Assembly: GCA_964016885.1 (NCBI GenBank)
Contig: OZ024766.1
Location: forward strand, 7,750,001-7,814,000
Origin: Eledone cirrhosa
Lineage: Eukaryota
Reading direction: 5' to 3'
Length of the DNA stretch: 64,000 nt
In this document: piece after piece, positions 27,670 through 41,760 of the stretch
How positions within the stretch are numbered: position 1 is the first letter of the stretch
Layout of the letters: each line of letters starts with the position of its first letter
Translations under genes and position numbers: made by a program
The notes under the pieces: model-generated
Database searches by the model: none
Told to the model about the DNA's origin: nothing
The model's input: only the letters and a program-made list of their open reading frames with translations

Positions 27670-28830
27670 AGAAAGAGAGAGAAAGAGAGGGCAAAAGCTT
27701 TAAAGAGAGGGGGAAAGAATTATCAATAACAGAAAGAGAGAGAGTGAGAGAGTGTTTGAGGAATGGTGGTAGGAACGGCAAAAGAGAGAGTGATAGAGAA
27801 ACAGAGAGAAAGGGAGGGTGAGAGAAGGTGTAAGAGAGAGTAATATAGAGAAAGGGAAGGTGAGAGAAGGGGTAAGAGAGAGTAATATAGAGAAAGTGAG
27901 GGTGAGAAAAGGTGTAAGAGAGAGTAATATAGAGAAAGGGAGGGTGAGAGGTGTAAGAGAGAGTAATATAGAGAAAGGGAAGGTGAGAGAAGGTGTAAGA
28001 GAGAGTAATATAGAGAAAGGGAGGGTGAGAGGTGTAAGAGAGAGTAATATAGAGGAAGGGGTAAGAGAGAGAGAAAGAGAGGGTGAGAGAAGGGGTAAGA
28101 GAGAGTAATATAGAGAAAGAGAGAGAGGGTTAAAGAGAGAGTGATAAAGAGAGAGAGAACGAAGCTAAGGCATGGTGGCAGTAAAAAAAGAGAGAGTAGA
28201 AGAGAGAAAGAGAGTAACATAGACAAATAAAGGAAGGGAGGAATGGTGGGAGAAACAATAACAGAGAGAGTAAAAGAGAAAGATAGAGGGAAGCTAAGAG
28301 AGAGTAGTAAAGAGAGAAAGAGAGAAACAAAGAGAGAAAGAGGAAGGGGGGAATGGTGGGAGAAGCAGTAACAGAGCAAGAGAAAGGGGAAGCTCAGACA
28401 TCGTAGTAGTAAAAGAGAGAGTAATAGAGACAGAGTCACAGAGACAGAGAGAGAGAGAGGGAGTGAGGGATCAATGGGAGGGGAATGGTAGGAGAAATCG
28501 TGAGAGAGAAAGAGACGTAAAAGAGAGAGTAGTAAAGACAGAGAGAGAGAGAGGGGAATGGTGGGAGAAGCAGTAACAGAGAAAGAAAGAGGGGAAGTTC
28601 AGGCATCGTAGTAGTAAAAGAGAAAGTAATAGAGACAGAGAGAGAGAGAGGGAGTGAGGGATCAATGAGGGTAATGGTAGGAGAAATCGCAAGAGAGAGA
28701 AAGAGACGTAAAAGAGAGAGTAGTAAAGACAGAGACAGAGAGAGAGACGAATGAGGGGAATGGTGGGAGAAACAGTAAAAGAAATAGTAATAGAGAGCGA
28801 GAGAAAAGAGACAGAGAGGGAAAGGCGAGA
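27670..28830. repeat. Polypurine (GA-rich) tract with ~42-45-bp and ~190-bp higher-order duplications
   Basis: gtaagagagagtaatatagagaaaggg recurs at 27830-28120. Confidence 0.85.
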
Positions 28831-28929
28831 TACTAGAATGCATCTTTTACACCTATGATGATGGTGATGATGATGAATATGAGGTGAAGAAGAAGAAGAA
28901 AATGAAGAACTAAAACTGGAGACTGACAA

Positions 28930-29090
28930 TTCTTGCTTCCGGCGTCTGTCGGGAAAAAAAAAGCAAGAGCAGATAACTCGTACTGGAATCGGGGGACGGA
29001 GTATGCGCAAGGGTTTGTTGATATATCGAAAAAAAAACAAAAAAACAAGAGCAGATAACTCTTACTGGAAACGGAAAATGGAGGGTGAGC
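28930..29090 (+). other. Possible promoter and first exon of a plus-strand gene (ATGGAGG|gtgagc)
   Basis: CTTCCGGCG motif at ~28936, CpG-rich patch, duplicated caagagcagataactc, and aaaATGG at 29078 followed by a GTGAGC donor at 29085. Confidence 0.35.
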
Positions 29091-29329
29091 GCGTGTTTGT
29101 GGCTGTGGGTATGTTTGTGTGTGTGTTTGTACGTCTGTAACTGAGTGTGAGTGTGTTTGTCTGTAACTGTGTGTGTTTATGTATGCAAGTGTGTATGTAT
29201 GTCTGTGTGCGTCTATAACTGTGTGTATGTCTATAACTGTGTGTGTGTATATGTATGTGTGTGTGTATGTATGTAGCTGTGTGTGTATGTGTGTAGCTGT
29301 TTGTACGTGTTACACCCTTTCCAGTTGTA

Positions 29330-30175
29330 TTATATAGTCTTGACTGTGGTAACTGGACGACAAGGTCACTTGAGAAGCTCTCCATCACGAGACTTATGAC
29401 TGGCAAGCAGCTCAGTGACCGTATCTGTATCAAAGAGCGGCTCAGCGACCGTATCTGTATCAGAGAGCGGCTCAACATTACCAGACTTAGACCAATTACA
29501 TCAATTGTCAAGTCAAGAGTACTTAAACTATACGGCCATATAAAAAGGTCAACTCGTGGTGTGAGTAGGTTATGCCTGGAAGGAAGGTTGGCTGGTAAGA
29601 GAAGCAGAGGCTGGCAGCCAAAACGACGGCTTGATAATGTCAACTTATGGACTGGACTTGATCTTTGCTCATTAAACTCTGCTGTTGGTGATCGAAAGGT
29701 ATTATATATTTCTAGAAGGAAGGTTGGCTGGTAAGAGAAGCAGAGGCCGGCAGCCAAAACTATGGCTTGATAATGTCAACTTATGGACTGGACTTGATCT
29801 TTGCTCATTAAACTCTGCTGTTGATGATCGAAAGGTATTATATATTCCTAGAAGGAAGGTTGGCTGGTAAGAGAAGCAGAGGCCGGCAGCCAAAACTATG
29901 GCTTGATAATGTCAACTTATGGACAGGACTTGATCTTTGCGCTTTAAACTCTACTGTTGGTGATCGAAAGGTATTATATATTTCTAGAAGGAAGGTTGGC
30001 TGGTAGGAGAAGCAGAGGCCGGCAGTCAAAACGATGGCTTGATAATGTCAACTTATGGACTGGACTTGATCTTTGCGCTTTAAACTCTGCTGTTGGTAAT
30101 CGAACTTTGTGGAGAAAAATAGCACACGTTGCTGCGCAATCTGCAACTGGCGGAGTTTAGCGAAGAAGAGAAGGT
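29330..30175 (+). mobile_element. RTE/BovB-like LINE 3' end with a 136-bp segment repeated four times
   Basis: LKLYGHIKR...LEGRLAGKRSRGRQPKRWLDNV...WRKI. Repeat starts at ~29577, 29713, 29849 and 29985. Confidence 0.85.
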
Positions 30176-30244
30176 CTGATTTGAGGGGGAAAGAGTTTAT
30201 GTAAAATAAAAATAGGTAAGGAATGCGAAGTAGGAAGAAAAGAG

Positions 30245-30780
<536 letters not shown>

Positions 30781-30859
30781 GCAGACAACGCGCGCACATA
30801 CACATATATATGTACATATACATGTACACACACACATATATATGTACACACACACACAT

Positions 30860-32715
30860 ATATATGTAACGAAGCGTATTAATAATATAATAATGAAATT
30901 ATTGTGTACAGTGCTCAGGTGCACTACAACTCATCAAAGGTGCATGTATAGTACATAGAATAATGTACAAATGTCAGGAAAATGAACAGTGTATGAGTCA
31001 TGATATAATAATAATAATAATAATAATAATGAAATATTGTGTACAGTGCCCAGGTGCACCACAACTCATCAAAAAGTGCATGTAAAGTACATAGGGCAAT
31101 GCACAAACGTCAGGAAAATGAACAGTGCACGAGTCATGATACACACATGTGTGCATGTGTATGGAAGGGGTACATCAGGTGTAGTTTTGGCGTATTTCGG
31201 GAAGCATGAGTGTCTTAAAGGATGCAGTGTCTCGACAGCTAACAACTGATGCAGGTAGTTTGTTCCATGGAGGTTTTAAAGGATGCAGTGTCTCGGCAGC
31301 TAACAACTGATGCAGGGAATTTGTTCCATGAAGGTTTTAAAGGATGTAGTGTCTCGACAGCTAACAACTGATGCAGGTAGTTTGTTCCATGGAGGTCTTA
31401 AAGGATGCAGTGTCTCGGCAGCTAACAACTGATGCAGGGAATTTGTTCCATGGAGGTTTTAAAGGAAGCAGTGTCTCGACAGCTAACAACTGATGCAGGT
31501 AGTTTGTTCCATGGAGGTTTTAAAGGATGCAGTGTCTCGACAGCTAACAACTGATGCAGGTAGTTTGTTCCATGGAGGTTTTAAACGATGCAGTGTCTCG
31601 ACAGCTAACAACTGATGCAGGTAGTTTGTTCCATGGAGGTTTTAAAGGATGCAGTGTCTCGACAGCTAACAACTGATGCAGGTAGTTTGTTCCATGGAGG
31701 TTTTAAAGGATGCAGTGTCTCGACAGCTAACAACTGATGCAGGTAGTTTGTTCCATGGAGGTTTTAAAGGATGCAGTGTCTCGACAGCTAACAACTGATG
31801 CAGGTAGTTTGTTCCATGGAGGTTTTAAAGGATGCAGTGTCTCGACAGCTAACAACTGATGCAGGGAGTTTGTTCTATGGAGGTTTTAAAGGATGTAGTG
31901 TCTTGACAGCTAACAACTGATGCAGGGAATTTGTTCCATGGAGGTTTTAAACGATGCAGTGTCTCGACAGCTAACAACTGATGCAGGGAGTTTGTTCCAT
32001 GGAGGTTTTAAAGGATGCAGTGTCTCGACAGCTAACAACTGATGCAGGTAGTTTGTTCCATGGAGGTTTTAAAGGATGCAATGTCTTGACAGCTAACAAC
32101 TGATGCAGGTAGTTTGTTCCATGGAGGTTTTAAACGATGCAGTGTCTCGACAGCTAACAACTGATGCAGGGAGTTTGTTCCATGGAGGTTTTAAAGGATG
32201 CAGTGTCTCGACAGCTAACAACTGATGCAGGTAGTTTGTTCCATGGAGGTTTTAAACGATGCAGTGTCTCGACAGCTAACAACTGATGCAGGTAGTTTGT
32301 TCCATGGAGGTTTTAAAGGATGCAGTGTCTCGACAGCTAACAACTGATGCAGGGAGTTTGTTCTATGGAGGTTTTAAAGGATGCAGTGTCTCGACAGCTA
32401 ACAACTGATGCAGGTAGTTTGTTCCATGGAGGTTTTAAAGGATGCAATGTCTTGACAGCTAACAACTGATGCAGGTAGTTTGTTCCATGGAGGTTTTAAA
32501 CGATGCAGTGTCTCGACAGCTAACAACTGATGCAGGGAGTTTGTTCCATGGAGGTTTTAAAGGATGCAGTGTCTCGACAGCTAACAACTGATGCAGGTAG
32601 TTTGTTCCATGGAGGTTTTAAACGATGCAGTGTCTCGACAGCTAACAACTGATGCAAGGAGTTTGTTCCATGCTTCAGCAACTCTGAGCGTGAAAGTCAT
32701 GGGAGCTGTGCTGTA
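30860..32715 (-). mobile_element. CR1-clade LINE 3' end with duplicated (ATT)n-tailed UTR and a 61-bp array (~24 units, 31217-32670)
   Basis: With the array collapsed, the minus strand reads FTLRVAEAWNKLPASVVSCRDTASFKTLMLPEIRQNYT*, the CR1 ORF2 terminal motif F..RV...WN.LP..VV......FK. Confidence 0.85.
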
Positions 32716-32859
32716 GTATATGTTAGATGAATAACATGGTTGTTAGATGAATTAACAAGAATAACTGATTTATTTATATATAAAAAGGTTTACTTCACTT
32801 CCGTCAAAAAGAATAATAAACAAGTTACCACGAGTTGCGAAAGCTGACGATGTTATTTT

Positions 32860-33048
32860 GGTGGATTGGTAGTATCGGTAGAGGGTCGGACGCCATGCTT
32901 TCTAGTATAGAGTTACGTCTCTTTACAGTCTGAGTTCAAATCCCGCCGAGGTTAACTTTGCCTTTCATCCTTACGGGGTCGATGAAATAAAGCACCAGTA
33001 ATGTACTGGGTATTTGCTGGCCTTGTGCCTAAAGTAGAAATAGTTATT
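32860..33048 (+). mobile_element. tRNA-derived SINE, unexpanded
   Basis: A box TGGTAGTATCGG, B box GAGTTCAAATCC, body ttgcctttcatcc...aagcaccagt. Confidence 0.85.
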
Positions 33049-33049
33049 T

Positions 33050-33358
33050 TGTTGTTGGTTCATGAGGCTGGTGTAGTCTGAGACCAGGTGAGAGAGAGAG
33101 AGAGAGACTAATGGTCTGGGGTTGACTGTAGACCACTGTGGCCTGTAGATAACAGTGAATCTTTCACATTGCTTGTAATAGCGTACTGCTCCGATCTCTC
33201 TGTGTGTAATGAGGGATCATACAGGCTTTTTATACCTGTCGCTTTCTGTCTCCCACCATCGCCCACGCATGAACCCGTCCACACCGAAAAGGATGGTGAC
33301 CTAGAAATTGACTTTTAGGTGTCACCCAGGGTTCAAGGCGTGGACAGATCTCGCTACA
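33050..33358 (-). mobile_element. Possible solo LTR
   Basis: Minus strand begins TGTAG and ends CAACA, with an internal TATAAAAAG at ~33226-33234. No target-site duplication verified. Confidence 0.3.
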
Positions 33359-33390
33359 TATATATATATATAGTTTTCCATTTATTTAAT

Positions 33391-33440
<50 letters not shown>

Positions 33441-33635
33441 AACGAGTAGGACCCCGACGGCTGAGCTCAAGCCGTTTCGACGGCTAATTCTGGACTAAAA
33501 TCCAGAATTAGCCGTCGAAACGGCTTGAGCTCAGCCGTCGGGGTCCTACTCGTTCCTATTACCCACTCTACTACCCTAAGTATTGAGTACTTTGGTGCGT
33601 TATGGTCCACCTGGTTCCTTACCACATTTCCTTCG

Positions 33636-33672
<37 letters not shown>

Positions 33673-33801
33673 GAAGTTCTATTTAAATTGTTGGGATACA
33701 ACAAGCAAATATTTTTATAACTGATATAAAGCACTCAACAAGTTATTGGAGTAAAAATACGATATATTAACAAATGGAAACTATATTTATAAAACCATAT
33801 T

Positions 33802-33866
33802 TATTTCATTATACATATTTCAAGGACACCAAGTTAAATTATGGTGTGCTTTCATCAGATAAAATA
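33802..33866 (-). ncRNA. Type-I hammerhead ribozyme, family C (element 33670-33942)
   Basis: tattttat CTGATGA aag c acacca..tggtgt c ctt GAA AT atgt AT A atgaaata. Confidence 0.8.
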
Positions 33867-33944
33867 TAATATAGATCAGTTTTATAAATAAATATTGACA
33901 TACCCTTAAAGAATGCAACCATTTCTGTTGGAAGCTCCCGGACA

Positions 33945-33996
<52 letters not shown>

Positions 33997-34176
33997 TGTC
34001 CGGGAGCTTCCAATTTAATAAACATTTATCGTACTGCCTCTCTGTTCTGTCGCTGTTCAATTTTACATTATATATATATATATATATACACACGTTATTC
34101 CGGGTTGAATCGGAGGTAACCACAGTAAGTAAGGTACTCAATACATAGCAGAGTATAAAAGTTTTAATATAGATGA

Positions 34177-34225
34177 GATTCTACAGGACTAGAACTGTTT
34201 CATTCATTAGAAATCATCAGGAATC
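34177..34225 (-). ncRNA. Type-I hammerhead ribozyme, family B (element 34090-34545)
   Basis: GATTC CTGATGA t-ttc-taat-gaa-t GAA ACAG ttctagtc CTGT A GAATC. Stems I and III are perfect; cleavage triplet GUA. Confidence 0.85.
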
Positions 34226-34673
34226 TGGGTATCAAAAAATAAAAATGGTATTTATAGGTCTCTACAAGTGGTAGGAGAGGGTGGGGAGTGGGATGGGTGC
34301 AGGTCATTGGTTGATAGAAAAGGGAATTCATTAAAAGCTAATTCTACAAAGCTATAGTTTATTTTTATTTATTTATGTTTTTAGAGTAACAAGGGCAGAC
34401 AGAATTCTATAAACAGGTTCCGGATGGCATACCATTCCTTGTCATTAAGTTTCTCTTAAGCTAACAGATGTCTATAAAATCAGTGGGGGGTCAGTCATGG
34501 TCGATGGAATTAAAGAAAAGGGAGATTCTTTAAAAGCTAAAATCATTAATCTATATATATATAGTAATAATAATAAATTTGAAGACTAAAATCCAAAGAG
34601 GGCTCGATAAGGACAAATATATATCAAATATATAAGAACCGTAGAGCAAATATTTATTAAAATAACAGATTAA

Positions 34674-34724
34674 AGTCTAAGCAAAGAATCGCTGCTTTCA
34701 CCCTTAACGGGATCTTCTGAAACT
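34674..34724 (-). ncRNA. Variant hammerhead, family E (CAGAAGA core)
   Basis: agttt CAGAAGA t-ccc-gttaa-ggg-t GAA AGCA gcgattctt TGCT T agact. Confidence 0.55.
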
Positions 34725-34901
34725 GGTTCATTAATCTGTTATTTTAATATATCTATATATATATATATATAACGAAGGAAATGTGGTAAGGAACCAGGTG
34801 GACCATAACGCACCAAAGTACTCAATACTTAGGGTAGTAGAGTGGGTAATAGGAACCAGTAAGACCCCGACGGCTGAGCTCAAGCCGTTTCGACGGCTAA
34901 A

Positions 34902-34981
<80 letters not shown>

Positions 34982-35114
34982 GCGTGTGTGTATATATATA
35001 TATAGTAATAATAATAAATTTGAAGACTAAAATCCAAAGAGGGCTCGATAAGGATAAATATATATCAAATATAAAAGAACTGTAGAGCAAATATTTATTA
35101 AAATAACAGATTAA

Positions 35115-35165
35115 AGTTTCAGAAGATCCCGTTAAGGGTGAAAGCAGCGATTCTTTGCTTAAACT
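35115..35165 (+). ncRNA. Variant hammerhead, family E (CAGAAGA core), on a long perfect stem
   Basis: Same motif as 34674; flanks 35091-35119 and 35161-35189 are reverse complements. Confidence 0.55.
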
Positions 35166-35181
35166 TTAATCTGTTATTTTA

Positions 35182-35245
<64 letters not shown>

Positions 35246-36103
35246 GTATGTGTTTATATATCCATACACAGACATATATACATGCATACTTACATATAAA
35301 CATGTATGTATATGCATATACATACATACACGTACACCCACACATACATATACACGCACAGATATACATACATACATACATAAATACACACATACACACA
35401 TACATACAAACATTTGTACATACACAAATACACACATACATACATATATACACACACACACACATACATACACACATAAGCACATACACACATACATATA
35501 CATACATACACACACGCATGCATACACACATAAGCACATACACACATACATATACATACATACACACATACACATATACATACACATACACACATACATA
35601 TATACACACATACATACACATACACACATACATATATACACACATACATATATACACACATACATACATACACAGATATACTCAACATCAAAACCCGCCC
35701 TTCATATTCAAGTCTTAGGGAAAGAGCAAATGAGGGTCAAAACGCCCTTTTAATCTTCAGAGAGGGCAAAGTGTAATGGCCTCTGCACCCTCACACACCC
35801 AGCAATGACTTCACCTCCAGTACACCGCCCCACATTACTGCCAAAACCACATATCTCTATATATATAAATTTGTAGTTCCTGTCTGTTTGTTTGTTTGTT
35901 CACGAACTCCTATGGTTTTGGAGATAGACCCCCCATAACTATATATATTCTGAAACTACATTGCTCAGGGTACTTGGATAAGTATATTTCATTTTAATCA
36001 AAGGGTTCCCTGGAGGCACAACCCCCCCCCCCCCCGCGGAAAAGCCCCCAATGAAAATATTTTCCCTTCGATTTATATGAAATATATATATATATATATA
36101 TAT

Positions 36104-36306
36104 ATTATTATTATGTAATAAACAACATAAGGCAATTATTCCATTTACCAGTGGTTTCTTAAAAGCAAAAGGTTTTGCTTTCAATCCTCAGAATGAAAAA
36201 TCCTGGATTTTTCATTCTGAGGATTGAAAGCAAAACCTTTTGCTTTTAAGAAACCACTGGTAAATGGAATAATTGCCTTATGTTGTTTATTACATAATAA
36301 TAATAA
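36104..36306. mobile_element. Perfect ~100-bp-arm fold-back, family F, with two minimal hammerhead-like cores
   Basis: Centre at ~36204. Core CTGAGGA tt GAA AGCAAAA cc TTTTGCT T; stem I is weak. Confidence 0.7.
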
Positions 36307-36372
36307 TTAAGCTCTGTTGCATACATAGAGCACTCTTTTTTCCTGGACTTTTCCGATGGAATTACTTCATTT

Positions 36373-36414
<42 letters not shown>

Positions 36415-36558
36415 GTTTGAATTTGTAAAGCCAAACAATGTCAACAATATCTTTTGCATTTGCATTTTTATTCTATGTCCTTACCTGCATTGTTTGGCTT
36501 TACAAATTCAAACGTTTATACCTCATTACACAATGCTTCAAGTGAACTATAACTTCCT

Positions 36559-36661
<103 letters not shown>

Positions 36662-36775
36662 CGATATTAATAAATGGAAACTATATTTATAAAACCATAT
36701 TTATTTCATTATACATATTTCAGGGATACCACAATAAATATGGTTTTATAAATATAGTTTCCATTTATTAATATC

Positions 36776-36811
<36 letters not shown>

Positions 36812-36815
<4 letters not shown>

Positions 36816-37178
36816 GATATTAATAAATGGAAACTATATTTATAAAACCATATTTATTTCATTATACATATTTCAGGGATACCACATTAAATTATGGTAT
36901 GCCTTCGTCAGACAAAATACAATATATAACAGTTTTACAAATAGGTTTGACGTACCCTTTAAAATACAACCATTACTTATATTGTATTTTGTCTGATGAA
37001 GGCATACCATAATTTAATGTGGTATCCCTGAAATATATATAATAGAATAAATATGCTTTTATAAATATAGTTTCCATTTATTTAATATCGTATATCTACT
37101 CCAAAAATTTGTCGAGTGCTTTATATCAGTTATAAAAATATTTGCTTGTTGTATCCCAACAACTTTAAATAGAACTTT

Positions 37179-37182
<4 letters not shown>
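36812..37182. ncRNA. Inverted pair of family C hammerhead elements (- 36855-36919; + 36985-37049)
   Basis: CTGAYGA agg c atacca..tggtat c cct GAA AT at(a/g)t AT A. Confidence 0.8.
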
Positions 37183-37246
<64 letters not shown>

Positions 37247-37446
37247 TACTTGGGGAGGGTCATATTTGTGTAATAATATTGCCAGAATTAATAACAGAAC
37301 ACACTCACTGTTTGGTTGGTTTTCGCTTCTGAGTCTTTTATATCGGTTAATTTAATTTATTCGGTCCTCAATGTTTACCATTGACTGACCAACGGTCAAA
37401 AATACAGATATAATATAGACACAAACACATATATATATATATATAT

Positions 37447-37610
37447 AGTCTAGCAAAGTTCTTTCGTTGCACATCTGCAACATCGTCAGTGGTGCTATTA
37501 TGTTGCCTCCCGTTGTATTGTATGCCTACGCCATCTTTATTTAGTATAAATAAAGATGGCGTAGGCATACAATACAACAGGAGGCAACATAATAACACCA
37601 CTGACGATGT
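37447..37610. ncRNA. Fold-back element, family G, with a hammerhead core at 37451-37493 (-)
   Basis: CTGACGA t gttgca-gatg-tgcaac GAA AG aa CT T; arms centred at ~37546. Confidence 0.55.
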
Positions 37611-37640
37611 ATATATATATGTATATATATATATATATAT

Positions 37641-38013
37641 ACAATGATATTAATAAATGGAAACTATATTTATAAAACCATATTTATTTTATTATATATA
37701 TTTCAAGGGCAACCAAGACAGCATTGGTGCGCTTTCATCAGATAAAATCCAGTTAATTTCCAACCGATACGGTATGATTTTCATGGGTATGTCTCTATTT
37801 ATAAAACACACTTTGTATTTTATCTGATGAAAGCGTACCAAGGTTGTCTTGGTACCCTTGAAATATATATAATAAAATAAATAGTGTTTTATAGATATAG
37901 TTTCCATTTATTTAATATCATTGAATATTTACTCCAGTAAACTGTTGAGTGCTCTAAATCAGTTATAAACATTTATGTTTGTCGGACTGCCAACTAATTA
38001 AATACCACTTCTA

Positions 38014-38015
<2 letters not shown>
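37641..38015. ncRNA. Inverted pair of diverged family C hammerhead elements (- 37685-37748; + 37816-37879)
   Basis: tattttat CTGATGA aag c gtaccaag-gttgt-cttggtac c ctt GAA AT atat AT A ataaaata. Confidence 0.8.
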
Positions 38016-38087
<72 letters not shown>

Positions 38088-38092
38088 CACAG

Positions 38093-38137
<45 letters not shown>

Positions 38138-38198
38138 TATACACACACACACATATATATACACACACACACACATATATACACACACACACATATAT

Positions 38199-38249
<51 letters not shown>

Positions 38250-40264
38250 TATATATATACACACACAATGCTACCCTTATAATGTAGACATATGAGTCAG
38301 TACCTGGGTGGTACAGGCTAACATTAAGTAAATGTTGTTGGTGTTGTTGTTGTTGGTGGTGGTGGTGTAGTGGTGGTGGTGGTGTAGTAGTGGTGGTGTA
38401 GTGGTGATGGTGGTGGTGGTGGTGTAGTGGTGGTGGTGTAGTAGTGGTGGTGGTGGTGGTGGTGTAGTGGTGGTGGTGTAGTAGTGGTGGTGGTGGTGTA
38501 GTAGTGGTGGTGGTGGTGGTGGTGTAGTGGTAGTGGTGTAGTAGTGGTGGTGGTGGTGGTGGTGTAGTGGTGGTGGTGTAGTAGTGGTGGTGGTGGTGTA
38601 GTAGTGGTGGTGGTGGTGGTGGTGTAGTGGTAGTGGTGTAGTAGTGGTGGTGGTGGGGGTGGTGTAGTAGTGGTGTAGTAGTGGTGGTGGTGTAGTGGTG
38701 GTGGTGTAGTAGTGGTGGTGGTGGTGGTGGTGTAGTGGTGGTGGTGTAGTAGTGGTGGTGGTGGTGTAGTAGTGGTGGTGGTGGTGGTGGTGTAGTGGTA
38801 GTGGTGTAGTAGTGGTGGTGGTGGGGGTGGTGTAGTAGTGGTGTAGTAGTGGTGGTGGTGTAGTGGTGGTGGTGTAGTAGTGGTGGTGGTGGTGGTGGTG
38901 GTGTAGTAGTGGTGGTGGTGGTGGTGGTGTAGTAGTGGTGGTGGTGTAGTAGTGGTGGTGGTGGTGGTGTAGTAGTAGTGGTGGTGGTGTAGTAGTGGCG
39001 GAAGTTGTGGTCGTGTAGTAGTGGCGGTAGTGGTGTAGTGGTGGTGTAGTGGTGGTAGTGGTGGTGGTGATGTAGTGGTGGTGGTGGTGTAGTAGTGGTG
39101 GAGGTGGTGTAGTAGTGGTGGTGGTGTAGTAGTGGTGGTGGTGTAGTAGTGGTGGTGGTGGTGTTGGGGGTGTAGTGGTGGTGTAGTAGTGGTGGTGGTG
39201 TAGTGGTGGTAGTGGTGGTGGTGGTGTAGTGGTGGTGGTGGTGTAGTAGTGGTGTAGTAGTGGTGGTGGTGTAGTGGTGGTGGTGTAGTAGTGGTGGTGG
39301 TGGTGGTGGTGTAGTGGTGGTGGTGGTGGTGGTGTAGTGGTGGTGGTGTAGTAGTGGTGGTGGTGGTGGTGTAGTGGTGGTGGTGTAGTAGTGGTGGTGG
39401 TGGTGTAGTGGTGGTGGTGGTGTAGTAGTGGCGGTGGTAGTGGTGGTGTAGTAGTGGTGGTGGTGGTGGTGTAGTGGTGGTGTAGTAGTGGTGGTGGTGG
39501 TGTAGTGGTGGTGGTGGTGGTGTAGTAGTGGTGGTGGTGTAGTAGTGGCGGAAGTGGTGGTGGTGTAGTAGTGGCGGTAGTGGTGTAGTGGTGGTGTAGC
39601 GGTGGTAGTGGTGGTGGTGATGTAGTGGTGGTGGTGGTGTAATAGTGGTGGAGGTGGTGTAGTAGTGGTGGTGGTGTAGTAGTGGTGGTGTAGTGGTGGT
39701 GGTGGTGGTGTAGTGGTGGTGGTGGTGGTGTAGTAGTGGTGGTGGTGTAGTAGTGGTGGTGGTGTAGTAGTGGTGGTGGTGTAGTAGTAGTGGTGGTTGT
39801 GTAGTAGTGGTGGAGGTGGTGTAGTAGTGGTGGTGGTGTAGTAGTGGTGGTGTAGTGGTGGTGGTGGTGGTGTAGTGGTGGTGGTGGTGGTGGTGTAGTG
39901 GTGGTGGTGTAGTAGTGGTGGTGGTGGTGTAGTGGTGGTGTAGTAGTGGCGGTAGTGGTGGTGGTGTAGTGGTGGTGGTGGTGGTGGTGTAGTGGTGGTG
40001 GTGTAGTAGTGGTGGTGGTGGTGTAGTGGTGGTGGTGTAGTAGTGGTGGTGGTGGTGTAGTGGTGGTGGTGTAGTGGTGGTGGTGGTGTAGTAGTGGTAG
40101 TGGTGTAGTAGTGGTGGTGGTGGTGTAGTAGTGGTGGTGGTGGTGTAGTGGTGGTGGCGGTGGTGTGGTGGTGTGGTGGTGTGTATCAGCTCAGCATGTG
40201 ATTTTCGGGTATGAAAGACATGCCCCTACTGTTTACATTGAATGAATAACAAATACTATATGGG

Positions 40265-40565
<301 letters not shown>

Positions 40566-40705
40566 CATATATATACATATATATACATCATAACTTTGAT
40601 AGGTTTCGGCCAGTATTAGCCTAGGCCGTGTCTAACTTAGTAGCACCACCTGGCATATATATACTGTATATATATATACACATATATATATATATACATA
40701 TACAA

Positions 40706-40735
<30 letters not shown>

Positions 40736-40736
<1 letters not shown>

Positions 40737-41173
40737 CGATATTAACAAATGGAAACTATATTTATAAAACCATATTTATTTCATTATACATATTTCAAGG
40801 ACACCAAGTTAAATTATGGTGTGCTTTCATCAGATAAAATATAATATAGGTCAGTTTTATAAATAAATATTGACATACCCTTAAAGAATGCAACCATATA
40901 TATCCGGGAGCTTCCAACAGTAATGGTTGCATTCTTTAAGGGTATGTCAATATTTATTGATAAAACTGATCTATATTATATTTTATCTGATGAAAGCACA
41001 CATAATTTAACTTGGTGTCCTTGAAATATGTATAATGAAATAAATATGGTTTTATAAATATAGTTTCCATTTGTTAATATATCGTATTTTTCTCCAATTA
41101 TTTGTTGAGTGCTTTATATCAGTTATAAAAATATTTGCTTGTTGTATCCCAACAAATTAAATAGAACTTCTAC
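40736..41173. ncRNA. Inverted pair of family C hammerhead elements (- 40777-40841; + 40979-41042)
   Basis: Same fold as 33802; arms of ~160 bp around 40896-40922. Confidence 0.8.
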
Positions 41174-41197
41174 ATATATATATAGACATATATATAA

Positions 41198-41440
41198 TGG
41201 AAAAATTTGAACAGGGACAAAACAGAGAGGCAGTACAACAAATGTTTATTAATTTCACGCTCTGGAGAGTGGGGTGTAGGTGGGGGACGACGTTTCGGGC
41301 ATAAGCCCTTCCTCAGGTGAGAAGTGTGTGGGAACAGAGTTCAAAGGGTGTGTAGGGGAGTGGTGGAGAGACATATATCGAAAGGAAACGGTGCGAATGA
41401 AAAAATAACAAGTAAAGATAAAAATAAAAATAAAAATAAA
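41198..41440 (-). mobile_element. PLE-like 3' end with a hammerhead core lacking stem I (41286-41320)
   Basis: Minus strand CTGAGGA a gggc-ttat-gccc GAAAC gtc GTC. Tail shared with 34015-34070. Confidence 0.5.
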
Positions 41441-41555
41441 GCATGATCAAAATACAAGGAATGAGATAAATTTAAAAATAAAGGCATGATCAAAATAAAC
41501 TGAAATTAAAAGGGGGGTAAACAGGTGGTGGAAGGGTGTGGGGTGTGTAGGGGTG

Positions 41556-41614
<59 letters not shown>

Positions 41615-41760
41615 ATCAGTTAAAACGACAGAGGCTCTGATTCTGTCTTTAATCTCAGTAAATAATTTAGATCTAAACACACACAAAATGTAAACACGAC
41701 GTTCGAAAATGAAAATAAATTTACTTTCACTTTCGAAATCGCCCGTCTTGACGTATGCTG

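Noticed and set aside
40590-40652. ggcc...ggccGAAAC hairpin (inverse copy at 54964-55022) as a hammerhead
   Set aside because: No CUGANGA upstream in either copy; kept only as an unclassified small repeat.
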